64,000 bases of DNA from positions 1,800,001 through 1,864,000 of the forward strand of contig CM119373.1 in the NCBI GenBank assembly GCA_051294905.1, given 5' to 3'. Shown piece after piece: positions 53,835-64,000 of this stretch; the first letter of the stretch is position 1, and the number at the start of each line of letters is the position of its first letter. The notes under the pieces are model-generated. The model did not search any database. It worked only from the letters and a program-made list of their open reading frames with translations, and was not told the origin of the DNA. The translations under genes and the position numbers were made by a program. This stretch comes from Botryllus schlosseri. Its lineage: Eukaryota.

Positions 53835-55206
53835 CAGTGTTGGGATGACTCGAGTCATGACTTGACTCGAGTCGGACTCGAGTCACCTTTTTCGCATGAC
53901 TTCACTTGACTCGAGTCACTTTGCAAAAATGACTTGACTTGACTTGACTCGACGCTTCAGAAATGCAGATTAACTCGTGACTCGAAGCAAAATTTACGAG
54001 TCAATTTCAAGTCATCAAGTAATCGATGTCGACTAAATCGCCGTATCTTGTATAAGTTTGGATTTTTATCCGATCAATGATTGTGCCTTTTACCGAGCCT
54101 CCATTGTTACATCACTAATGAATTGATCGTTAACACAGTGATCGGAGCGTATAGCTTACGTTGTCGTAAATATGCTCACCTCAACCAACCCTCTTGTGTG
54201 CTTTAAATCGAACGGATATCGTCCATACGTTTGTAATGGTATGCCATAAATATATATGTGGGTAGGGTACTATTACTCCATATCATTTTTTGAACTTTCT
54301 GATGTTTCATATGTTATCCTATATTTTGGCCGATAATTATAGATCAGCGGTGGGCAGACCGGCTTCACGTGCGAGTCGCATATCAAAAATCGCTGCCTTA
54401 AAAGAGTCACAACCCAAAAATTGATATATACTAATTTATTCCGTCACAAGGAAATGCAGGGTATCGAATGAAGTATATTATTGAGTGGTATAATACGATG
54501 CGTCTCCGCCTTGGTGGAAGGTGTTTGAAATCGGGCTGATAAGACGTCTAACAGTCCGGAGCTCGGTAATCATAATACTTCGTAAATATGTCTTTATAGG
54601 GTAACTCGTGGCAATTAGGGTTTCGGTGTTTGGTTTCATAATGCCGTTTCAATTCTAGTTATGTGATCATTGGGCGATATTGACGGAAAATGCATAGTGG
54701 CTTACGTTCATTATCACCGAATGCACATTGCACACTCGTTGAACAGCCGCAATCAAAGGCTCGAAGAGTAGCATGCGGCTCGCGAGTCGCAGTTTCCCAC
54801 CCCTGTTATAGAACGAGTCTATACTGCTATACTTGCGTAGTTTGACAGTTCTACGTATGCATGAGCGATAAGCGCCTTCTTGCGTGTACATTGTACAATC
54901 AACTCTTGATTCGTTCTTCAATTCAGAATAAATGGGGATTCCATCTGTATTTAAAACAGTTAGCATGATGCAATGACTTTGAATCATGTCTTGTACTTTG
55001 AAAATTCAACTTGACTCGAATTGTGACTTGACTCGTGACTTGACTTGACTTGACTCGACTTGACTCGAGTCATCTCCAAAAATCAAGTGACTTGACTTGA
55101 CTCGAGTCACCTTTGAAAATCGAGTGACTTGACTTGACTCGAGTCAAAATCTGCAATGACTCGAGATGACTCGTGACTCGAAGGTAGTGACTTGATCCCA
55201 ACACTG
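53835..55206. mobile_element. Non-autonomous hAT element with GACTT/GACTCGAGTC subterminal arrays
   Basis: TIR cagtgttgggat / atcccaacactg, perfect TSD ccctgaac. Partial relatives at ~16170-16913 and ~34167-34893. Confidence 0.93.
54345..54805. mobile_element. hAT MITE nested in 53835-55206
   Basis: cagcggtgggca / ttcccacccctg, TSD ttatagat/ttatagaa. Absent from the related copy near 16365. Confidence 0.85.
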
Positions 55207-55465
55207 CCCTGAACACGAATTGAGGTAAAATCACCGTAACGTCATATCCGAAACGTGAATTTGGATCATTTTTATACTCTCGGCCCAAATTCCTAAATTT
55301 GAGAAGCTGATTCCTGAAAATATGGTCAGCAACGACGCCTAAACCTAGTCACGGCCTATGTATAGAACTGACGACTATGTGAGCAGTAGTTGCAAACATG
55401 TTACCACGCTGTTAAAACAAACGATCATTTATGCAATTCATAAACAAGGCAGCATCAGTGAAATG

Positions 55466-55874
55466 TAGGGTTGCATTTAAACAAACGTGTTTTAAACCGT
55501 GTTTTAAAATAGACTTTTACAAAAATTCTGTTTTTTTCAAGTTGTGAAATTATGCCAGAATTGCGTAAATACTTTCCAAAAAACGCGCTGTATGAGCCTA
55601 TGGTCAATTACCACCCGATATATAGCCGACGTATATCGATATGGGTAGGTTGGAACCCTAAAAATAGTCGGTTCAACATTAATAGTACATATATTTCGTC
55701 AGAGGAGCTATATTTTACCCTGTATTGTCAATTGTCAATGTGATTCCACTATGACGTCACAATTGAATATTCGTGACGTCATGGCTTAAAAAATAATAAA
55801 GAACATGTTTTAAATTAGGGCCTTGTTTTGAACATGATTGTTTTAATTTAATTTTTGTTTTAAATGCAACCCTA
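55466..55874. mobile_element. TAGGG-type hAT MITE
   Basis: TIR tagggttgcatttaaa at both ends, TSD gtgaaatg/ttgagatg, internal aaaac/gtttt motifs. Confidence 0.85.
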
Positions 55875-57006
55875 TTGAGATGGCTGGTGTTGCATCATGG
55901 CGACAAGCTCGTCTTCGCGTGGAGCTACAGTTGGCAGAGTTTGATTGGATAGCACTCGTCAACACCCACCTATCAAGACTATAATAATGTTTTGAAGTCT
56001 ATTGGATAGATTTCTATCCCTATCCATTCAAAGTAGTGCTTATAGAAATGCTACGTTGCGCGAAAGCCAGCTAACGACCTATAAGTTATTCGATCACTCC
56101 GAGCATCTATGTAGGGTGTATACTGTTTATAAAATGAATCGATCGAAACAGAATAAAATAAAATACTAAATCTCTCTCATGAACCAGGAACAAAGTTGGA
56201 ACTTTCTTCATGACGTCGTAAGCCCTCATTTGGTCATTCATATTATTCATGTCTCTTCCCATGCCACCTGTGACAATGTATCAGCATCTTTATGGCACTT
56301 GCGGCGAATGAGGTGTCTATTTTAAAAAATAGAATCCTGAACCTGATGATAACCAATTGCGCTTACAAATAAGGATGGCAGAATGATTCGAGTAATAATT
56401 GTAACACTGAGACTAAAGCAGTGAGAGATGTTTTTTTTCTAGTACTGAAATCACACTCTCCTTGCCACTAAAAGGTAATTCCTCGGCATAAATTGTAGTT
56501 CTGGCACTATTTCCCACTGTGGAAGCATCGAAACCTCAATTAGTCGTTTCTCAGCATACGTAACATGTAGTACAAAGCTACACACGTTACTGGAAATGAC
56601 AAATTGATGATGATCAATCCCCAACATTATCACGAAGTCAAATATATAGGTGCGGTCGAAAAATTGCAAAATTATATTTAATGTGACGCAGAACCGGCGT
56701 GATATTTTTTTGTGCTCACAAAGTTACATATTTGCATTGTACACTTCTTGCATGTTGTTATGAAGTTATCATGAGCGGCACTCAAATACTGGCATTGAGG
56801 CTCACTACTCGACTCACATTCGAATGACTCAGGTACTCGATTTTTCTCAGCCATACTTACCACTTACACTTCATCGAAAATAACTTTTTACTGCCCGACC
56901 TTGACCTATGATCATGATCATGATCGAGTATCGATAACAGAAATGTCGATTTGATGAATATTCGTCGTCTAAAGCTACATATTTTGTATGCAATGATATG
57001 CCCAAT

Positions 57007-57662
57007 GAGAGAGAGAGAGAGAGAGAATCTTTATTCGTATTCATTACATATCAACATTACACTACAAAAATGTAACAGTGAAATGCGACAAGCCAGGTAG
57101 ATGGGAGGCTCGATATGACAAAGTCTTCAGAACCGAGTAACCCAGGACAGGAGCAAAATTCTGTCGATGATAAATAAAAAATAAAAAAAGGAACGAAAAG
57201 AAAAACAAAACACAGTATCATGCAAAAATTCTAAATTCAATGCAAATACAGTTTAGCGGTAGTTAGAGATAAGAGAGCGAAAACATTGTTTTTTAAATGC
57301 ACAAAAGTCAAAATTTCGGAGATTAGGGGGCAGCTTATTCCAAACATTGACGCCAATAAAACTGATTGAATTTTGCACTAGACTGGTAGACTGGTGTTGC
57401 ACAGACGGAGATAAGTTAGAAAAAAAATCTGGTATGTTGTTGGTGGGTATCTGAAGGTATATTGAGCGGATTATCAAATATGGTGGCAGTTCAACCTGAT
57501 GATAGCTATGCATAAATTTCATTGCCTCAAATTGGAAAATGTCTTCCACTTTCAATATTCCAACGCTTCGATACATCCTATTACAATTTTCATATCTAGA
57601 TTTTGGACATAAAATTCGTATGACTCGGTTTTGCAAGATTTGCAATTTCTGCAGATGTTTTT
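57007..57662 (-). mobile_element. 3' fragment of a CR1/L2-group LINE (ORF2 C-terminus, 3' UTR, AATAAA, (TC)n tail)
   Basis: LQKLQILQNRVIRIL...LKVEDIFQF...SISFIGVNVWNKLP...FKKQ. Poly-A signal near 57030 followed by a (GA)n run on the + strand. Confidence 0.85.
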
Positions 57663-57788
57663 TTCGCAACAATGTACAAGGCTACCACAGTTGGAGGAAA
57701 GAAAGAACGGGAATACCCATCGTTGCTTTGAAGCTGATAACATATCTGGAAATGCAATGACATTTATTAATTTACTAATTAATATCTT

Positions 57789-57930
57789 CAATTGAATAAC
57801 ATACCGATATCGAAATAAACCCGAATATTACCGGCTGACACTCATCCGGGGTAATCGTCAGCAGCTAGTAGATAATTCAAGAGAAATGTACGTATGATAA
57901 ATCGTATCAGCTAACATGAAGTTAACTGTA
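57789..57930 (-). mobile_element. Solo PLE terminal fragment with a degenerate hammerhead (57819-57852)
   Basis: Homologous to 49080-49220. Core boxes mutated (CGGATGA / GGTA). Confidence 0.7.
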
Positions 57931-58175
57931 TGACTTCTCAAATAACATCTTAAAATTCGTAAAACACAGTGTGAGTGCTAAAAAACCAAAACGGTTTTTA
58001 TCTGGAAGCAAACGCAGCGTACAATGGCACCAGGATAACGCGGCTAACCTATAACGTAATTTTTGGTGATCTTTGCAGCACTGTTATGAATAAATGTGTC
58101 ATAAAACGGTAGTGTGAAAGAATTGATGATATAGATTATAGACCAAACACAAAAATCATCAAGAAAAGAACTTAC

Positions 58176-58265
58176 CTGCTGCTGCAAAGGCTTATAGATT
58201 TTGCCATACTGTGTTCTCATATTTTATGGGATGAGCAATTCAAAGACATGCTTTTCAGAGTCGGT
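58176..58265 (-). pseudogene. TMEM67: TMEM67-like exon 18 remnant (SEKHVFELLIP*...AFA)
   Basis: cctag acceptor and cag|gtaagt donor. Resembles AQKSVSVLLP...AFALK, with a stop and a frameshift. Confidence 0.55.
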
Positions 58266-58922
58266 CTAGGCACCAGATCTTCCTGGTGACGGAAAATAGT
58301 CAGAAAAAGTCTCGTTGTTATTCAAAATGAACATCTTTATATCAGTGGCTCCCATTCAGACTGCGACAACTAGATAACATTCAGCTTTTTCAAATTATAT
58401 TAATATTTGAACTACCGGTAATAAATTTGTAAAAAATTGAAATTGAATTAGATTCCGAATATGAACGAACTACAATCAAAATCAAGTTCACTTCTGACCA
58501 CATCAAAGTTGATTCTCATAATTACACACCTCAGCTTGACTCATCTTGCTTCATACAGTTATAATATAGCATTTTCAGGAAACCATGAGCAACATTACCA
58601 TTAAATTACCGGCATTACTCTTAAATTCGTCTAGTTGAAGGACTAGAATGATCTAGTTGTACAATTCTGTACACACCCTGTGGTCCTGGAGGTTTTCTCG
58701 GGGATCATGAACAATCACAAAAAGAGATCATCACTCAGTAACTACTATAGAACTCGATTATTTTTAGTGAAGGTACAAAAGCATATACTGTATAATGTTG
58801 TGTGTTACGGTTATTCAAATGCAATACAGAACAATTATATGCGAAATCGGGTGACGTCATATTCAATGATGCGAGTGTTGATATACATTGCTCTGTTCTA
58901 TCTCTACTATTTGCTGACAACT

Positions 58923-58956
58923 ACCCCTGACGAGTGACGGCCGAAAATATTCTGGC
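58923..58956 (+). ncRNA. Minimal hammerhead motif in a solo PLE terminal fragment (~58800-58986)
   Basis: accc-CTGACGA-gtgacggcc-GAAA-atat-TC-tggc. Core intact, helix I weakened. Confidence 0.65.
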
Positions 58957-59063
58957 TGATTTCGATATCAATATCTTATTCAGTTGTATGCTGCAATTCT
59001 CAACTTCCCACTTACAGTCATGTGTTTGGTAGCAGACAACGGCCAAAATAGAAAACTACTAAG

Positions 59064-59162
59064 AGTGTATTCATGGAAGGACAGCCCCTGCTTTCTACGC
59101 CTTCCGACAGCTTTCACGACAGCATACAGGACAGCCAGCACGCCGAAGATTGACATACTTAT
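59064..59162 (-). pseudogene. TMEM67: TMEM67-like exon 16 remnant (first TM helix): ISMSIFGVLAVLYAVVKAVGRRRKQGLSFHEYT
   Basis: 99 nt. Aligns with [33 protein letters not shown]. Acceptor AA and donor CT are both mutated. Confidence 0.85.
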
Positions 59163-59224
59163 TTGAAATACGCACAGACTTTTAAAACGAGATCGAGCGG
59201 TAAAATTTTAGCTCCCAGTCGCAT

Positions 59225-59281
59225 CTTCAACCCTTGTCTTTGGTCGACCGTACTGTTGTTATAGTGCACGTTGAAGTTGCC
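59225..59281 (-). pseudogene. TMEM67: TMEM67-like exon 15 remnant: GNFNVHYNNSTVDQRQGLK
   Basis: 57 nt, FxVxY motif, expected position in the series. Both splice sites mutated (TG acceptor, AT donor). Confidence 0.65.
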
Positions 59282-59998
59282 CAGAACGTGGAGAAATTTG
59301 TAAGCAGTCCTGTACAGATTACCTATCTAGTTAGTTTACAGTCAAACAACGACTGTTTTTCTGAGTAGTTCTAGTTCTAGTGGCAAGATTTGAAATGTGA
59401 CACTTTTAGTGCTAGTTGCGAGTTTTGAAAACTGAGTTTTAATTCTAGATATTGATTATAAAAAGTGAGTAGTTTTAGTTCCAGTTGCGAGTAGTTTTAT
59501 TCCTAGTTCTGGTTGTAAATAACACGAAACTGAGTAACTTTGGTTCTGGTAGAAAGTTTTGAATAGTGAGTAGATCGAATTCTAGGTCTAGTTGCTGGAA
59601 ATGACATGTATATGAAGTCGTGATCATGAAGTGGAAAGCTACGTTAATGGAAATGACATGTATATGAAGTCGTGATCAACCTACAGCATTATCACAAAGC
59701 TCAATGAAATAAGCATGGTCGACTATATACATAATTATCTTTCATGCGATGGAAGACTGGTATGGCATCATGTATGGTCGCATGAAAGGGACATTTTATT
59801 AACTTTTCACATCATACATATTGATCCGAGATTATAACGAGTGATACTCGAAAACTCAACTCTTGATATTCGAATCAGAATCAAATCACTCTGGGACTCG
59901 ATATTGCCCAGATCCAATATTTAGTAATTAGTAAGATGGTTAAAATATCAAGAAATGAAATGCGTATTCACAAGTTATCCAATACAAATCTTCAATAC

Positions 59999-60099
59999 TT
60001 CAACCGTGGGTCCGCCGTCAGTGGAAGCAGTCTGGTAAGTGATATGCCTCAAAGGCAGGTGGATTACTGCCTGTTGAAGTGGCTGGTGTCAATTCGATG
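59999..60099 (-). pseudogene. TMEM67: TMEM67-like exon 14 remnant: IELTPATSTGS(+1)IHLPLRHITYQTASTDGGPTVE
   Basis: ctctag acceptor and GT donor, one frameshift. Resembles [21 protein letters not shown]...VK. Confidence 0.78.
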
Positions 60100-60165
60100 C
60101 TAGAGGGAAGAGTACAATTTTGAGAGTCAATACATTGTGTATCGTATACGTGGCAGTCAACTTAC

Positions 60166-60277
60166 TCCAGCTGGGTGTAATTTGCATATTGTATATCTCA
60201 TACGCTGTTCAGATTGAGGGTATCGATATCGACGAGAAAGAACATGGGCATCAATTGCCGTTCAGAAATGTCGCTCT
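60166..60277 (-). pseudogene. TMEM67: TMEM67-like exon 13 remnant: SDISERQLMPMFFLVDIDTLNLNSV*DIQYANYTQL
   Basis: Phase 1-2, gtaag donor, acceptor mutated to GG, TGA at 60198-60200. Resembles the WLLTRRIFLVD motif. Confidence 0.8.
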
Positions 60278-61212
60278 CCGAAACGAAATCACAACATATT
60301 AGGCAAAAGCCTGCCCATATTGCACGTTTAAAATTTATGGAAACTGTGCGTTATGCAGCACCTATTAATTACCGAATTCATGGAGTATTCCTGAAATTGA
60401 CTCAAGGCTTTACCGAACTACCAATCTAGTCGATTTGAGGTTAAATAACTGTAGCTTTTTATTGTTGCTGTTGTTGCTGATGCAGTAATTCTAGTTGCAT
60501 ACATTTTACACAATTCAGTTGACGAACAACTAAAAAACAGTATAGTCGTCGTTTGGCGTTAATCGTGACACTGGTGTTCTGGTTTGTTACATACTCTTGC
60601 GTCCATCGGAAACTCAGAGTCATCGCTACTAGCAGTGGTGTAGCCGGGAAGTGCAATATGTAGGATCAATATATTTATGAAAGCTAAGATACAGCTCAAA
60701 AGGCTCATCAATGACGATATCAACTGCAAAAAGTCATGCATATCGGCCAACACATATTTATAGGTAATGCTAAGGACAATAATCTGAGTACTCGAATCTG
60801 AATCGAGGATCAATTCTGATGATTTAAGTCGAGAGTGAGCAATGATTTTTGTAGCAGCCTACTGAAAATACACGCTTTTTGCCATCAACAGATAATTTAG
60901 GAACGAGAATGATAATTTCGAAACTATTTTCGTACGTGGAAGGCTTTAAACGTCGATTGATCATATCGCTGCATAAGAAACATGCAGTACAACGCGGCAC
61001 ACGTTACTGGAAATGACATAACTGTGAAGCCGTGAACAGCCCGCAGCATTGTCACAGAGTTCAAGTAGTTTCGTTAAAACATCACTTGAGTAGAAGCAGT
61101 CTACATACATAACTACTTGAGGACGCCGTACAAATATGCAAAATCTACTTGATTACTTGGAAAAAGTAGAAGTAATTTGTTATTGACCCTCACTGCATAT
61201 GTAGCGACTCAC

Positions 61213-61369
61213 GTTGATTGACGGTGCCCGTGTCATCCACTTAGTTTGACACAAGGACAGTCACAGGATGTAGAAGCGTTGATCCTGTCGTTGAAGTGGA
61301 TATCAGGTACAGCGAGCAATAAGTGTCGGCTACATCGCTCACCAATAAATTACTAACGGACATTGTACA
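61213..61369 (-). pseudogene. TMEM67: TMEM67-like exon 12 remnant: CTMSVSNLLVSDVADTYCSLYLISTSTTGSTLLHPVTVLVSN*VDDTGTVNQ
   Basis: 157 nt, phase 0-1, gtgagt donor. Acceptor mutated to AA, in-frame TAA at 61241-61243. Matches the C...FYDVYL...AVPVL..N...VNQ pattern. Confidence 0.85.
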
Positions 61370-61927
61370 TTGGAATAAACCATTAAAATGCGTATTTACA
61401 GCAGACTTGTACGAATTACTGGATTTTCAAAACGTGCAACTAGAACCAGAGCTAACGACATTTAAATATCGGCAACTTACTTGGTTCGATTCTGAAGCAA
61501 ATCATTCCCGTTTATTGTATCGGAACCGTATCAGTTTTCGACCTGAGCATCAGTACAAGTTGGAAATGGGTGGGTCTCGACCCCTCAAACCCTTTTCCTG
61601 ACTACGCCACTGTTAGTTGTGATGACTAGGAGCTAGAAATGGCTCCACGAACATCGCACAATAGAACACCGGTAGGCCTATATGACGATTTATGCTAAAC
61701 GACGACATGGGTTTCCATGCTGTTAAAATTTGTATTAAGAAATATGTCAAGGTCAACATAAAACGGATCATAAGGCGCCTTGCATGAGGTAATCTTTTGA
61801 GGTTTTTCAGTTCATATCTAATGCTAACGTGCTGGATGTACTCATCTGAGTTGGAATTACTAGTGGAAGCACGAATTTCAGAAATACATATATTATTAAT
61901 AAAGTATTGAGGACAAAACCAACTCAC

Positions 61928-61993
61928 GCTCGCCACGAATTCCGTCTCCAATTGATTACCTGCGTTCGGTGCAGTCGATTTCTTTTGACATAA
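61928..61993 (-). pseudogene. TMEM67: TMEM67-like exon 11 remnant: LCQKKSTAPNAGNQLETEFVAS
   Basis: tttcag acceptor and gtgagt donor, 66 nt, phase 0-0. Aligns with [22 protein letters not shown]. Confidence 0.82.
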
Positions 61994-62312
61994 CTGAAAC
62001 AAGCCACACATTTTTGTATTTTATCACGATTCCGTTCTCATGTTTGGATATTGTGCAGTATCGTCACAGGCCGTGTCAATACAAATTAGGAGACAATACC
62101 ACATGACCTGTCGTTAACATAGAAAATCGCAGTAATGTGGCTATTTTGTGAATAATTTCAACAAAATGAAAATTTTCAGGTGTTGGCAATGCTACATCGC
62201 ACTAGTTTATGTCCCTAACTAATATCAATTAATTCTTGATATCTTTATCAGGCTAACACAGTAACTATGTCAAAAAATTATATAATAAAGTAGATATATC
62301 CTCCATATTCAC

Positions 62313-62398
62313 CTGTATAGATCTTTCTGTACTCTTGCCATACCCATGAATGTTCCGTAAGCTCTGTATTGAGCCACTACTATGTCCAGCACATTGCC
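62313..62398 (-). pseudogene. TMEM67: TMEM67-like exon 10 remnant: GNVLDIVVAQYRAYGTFMGMARVQKDL(-1 nt)Q
   Basis: ttttcag acceptor and cag|gtgaat donor. 86 nt (87 expected). Resembles [29 protein letters not shown]. Confidence 0.8.
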
Positions 62399-62539
62399 CT
62401 GAAAATACAATACAACTAATCATATAAACCATGGTGCTGAAATTATAAACACAATTCTAATGTGAGTAGGATAACGGATCGAATCATTTTCAAGGTAACG
62501 TTGAGTACTGATCTATGAGCTTTTCCGCTCTGACCTTAG

Positions 62540-62818
62540 TCTGAACTTCGTATATCGACAATCACATCAGCCGTAAATATTTGGGAAAAGCCCAGACCGA
62601 AAGTGAGCCGTGCTACAAGTCGGCAGCTGAGATAACGCTGGGGGCGCGTGCTAGTGCGGTGACTGAAGATTGACTGGGAGAAGAGAATAAAAGCCGTCCC
62701 CAAGATTACGAAAGGCAAAGACACTATGAACATTATCACAATTCATGTCGTGGCAGCACATAGCTTGAAAAAGCGATAAGCGCCACTGTGTTGTACCAAT
62801 AATAATAATAATAATAAT
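62540..62818 (+). mobile_element. SINE-like family B copy in a TMEM67 pseudogene intron
   Basis: aaaagcccagaccgaaagtgagccgtgctacaagtcggcag...gtccccaagatta...(aat)7. Confidence 0.75.
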
Positions 62819-63461
62819 TTGGGTTTTCTTCAATATGAATATACTCTTCAATTTTATATTGAATTTCTGTATAGTCCTTGTTATTGACACATTCAGTCCT
62901 TCACAGAACTGTTACAACTCGACGGCGAGTTGGACTGGAGCAATCGCTGCGATTACTGACTGACTGAGTATAAATAACTGGCTAATAAGTCCGGACACAG
63001 TAAGTTTCCCCTTGTGTGTATTGTAGAATGTCGATCAAACAACCCACACTATATCATACCGTTAAAAAATACGCTGGTATATACTCTAAATGAGAAATTA
63101 CATTAATACCGGTTTAAACTAACAGCGTTGCAAAGCCCTGCTTACACTGCGGAGACTACGGAAAGACTGAGCATGTGCCAAGGCACTTGGCCTCATGATG
63201 CGAGGCAGTCATGTGTGACGATATCACAGATACAGGCGGAAAACAACCGTGACATGTATATTCAAAGATATATTGGCTGTTACTTACCAGTATGAAACTA
63301 TCAACTTCGGTAATAGTGTCATCCAACATAATGTCATCGTTCATCGCAATTTCATAGTATGACTTATTTACATGATGTTATTTCGTGACCTCCTGTCTGT
63401 TATATCAAAAAATATAGAACCGCCCAAACGTACTAAACTGAAAGATCATACGATTTCGGAT

Positions 63462-63630
63462 CAGACATGGGGTAATCGTGATTAGTAATCTTAATCGATT
63501 ACGACGATTACAGCATTTTCAAGTAATCGTAATCGCAATCGATTACATTCGAAAAAAATCCGAAGTAATCGTAATCGTAATCGACTATTTCACAAAACTA
63601 ATCGATTTCTTCGTGAAAGAACGATTACTT
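63462..63630. mobile_element. One end of a MITE-like element with (GTAATC)n / GATTAC arrays
   Basis: Starts cagacatggggtaatcg, with repeated gtaatc and gattac. No partner end seen. Confidence 0.5.
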
Positions 63631-64000
63631 TTTATTTGTAGAAGGACCATAACATAAACTGAACAGTGAACATTCTTGATCAATGAAGAGGGCGATAACC
63701 AGGTTATTGATGGCAGAAACGTCGGATTTTCAGATTCCACTGCCCATTATTGCATCACAAGTATTAGCTTTGCTCGTTATTGCGTAAAGAATTATTATCC
63801 ACACATAGTAAGTAGATATTCGATGTGCAGTAGTAGTAGCACAGTGGTAGATGTACAGTACAGTAGTAGTGTGATTGCCTTATCCGGTTATCAATACACT
63901 CTATTGTCCTGCCTAGTAACGTATGCATTGATGTTTGGTTAGTTTGACTGTTTCTGCTTGACTAGCAGCAGGCCTATTTACGTGCACGACACAAAAATTT

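Larger units (their letters stand above)
56299..62995 (-). pseudogene. TMEM67: Unprocessed (intron-containing) TMEM67/meckelin pseudogene
   Basis: A run of - strand exon remnants in meckelin order, with sizes and phases matching human exons 10-16 as I recall them (87/66/157/124/106/57/99 nt). Contains stops, frameshifts and mutated splice sites. Weaker remnants at ~62893-62995, ~58545-58642, ~57663-57745 and ~56299-56443. Confidence 0.85.

Noticed and set aside
59596..59678. 31-bp direct repeat tggaaatgacatgtatatgaagtcgtgatca
   Set aside because: Local duplication within a dispersed repeat also seen at ~56588 and ~61007. No further structure.
63150..63900. Possible TMEM67 exons 5-8 (HMTAS.., donor at 63282-63287, SGI*)
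   Set aside because: Position fits, but similarity is too weak to call without an alignment.

Overview
Eukaryotic, AT-rich, transposon-dense animal DNA. An invertebrate chordate such as an ascidian is a plausible source, but that is inference only. Most of the ORF track is noise. Five layers are visible. (1) A + strand gene with three phase 0-0 leucine-rich-repeat exons of 168, 168 and 171 nt (12552-12719, 20251-20418, 38859-39029), resembling NLR/ribonuclease-inhibitor-type LRR exons. The two paralogous 168-nt exons differ almost only at solvent-exposed LRR beta-strand positions. (2) A recent tandem segmental duplication with a ~22.15 kb offset (1-17531 vs 22152-35511), laid over older paralogy; it has copied and deleted LRR exons. 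(3) A decayed, intron-containing TMEM67/meckelin pseudogene on the - strand (~56.3-63.0 kb), largely missed by the ORF track. (4) Penelope-like element fragments with a GIY-YIG endonuclease, plus a family of minimal type I hammerhead ribozyme motifs with palindromic helix III. (5) Many non-autonomous hAT elements with 8-bp TSDs, often nested; three SINE-like families (two with tRNA-like heads) sharing a central domain; LINE 3' fragments; mini- and microsatellites. Protein-family assignments and human TMEM67 exon sizes are from memory, not database searches.
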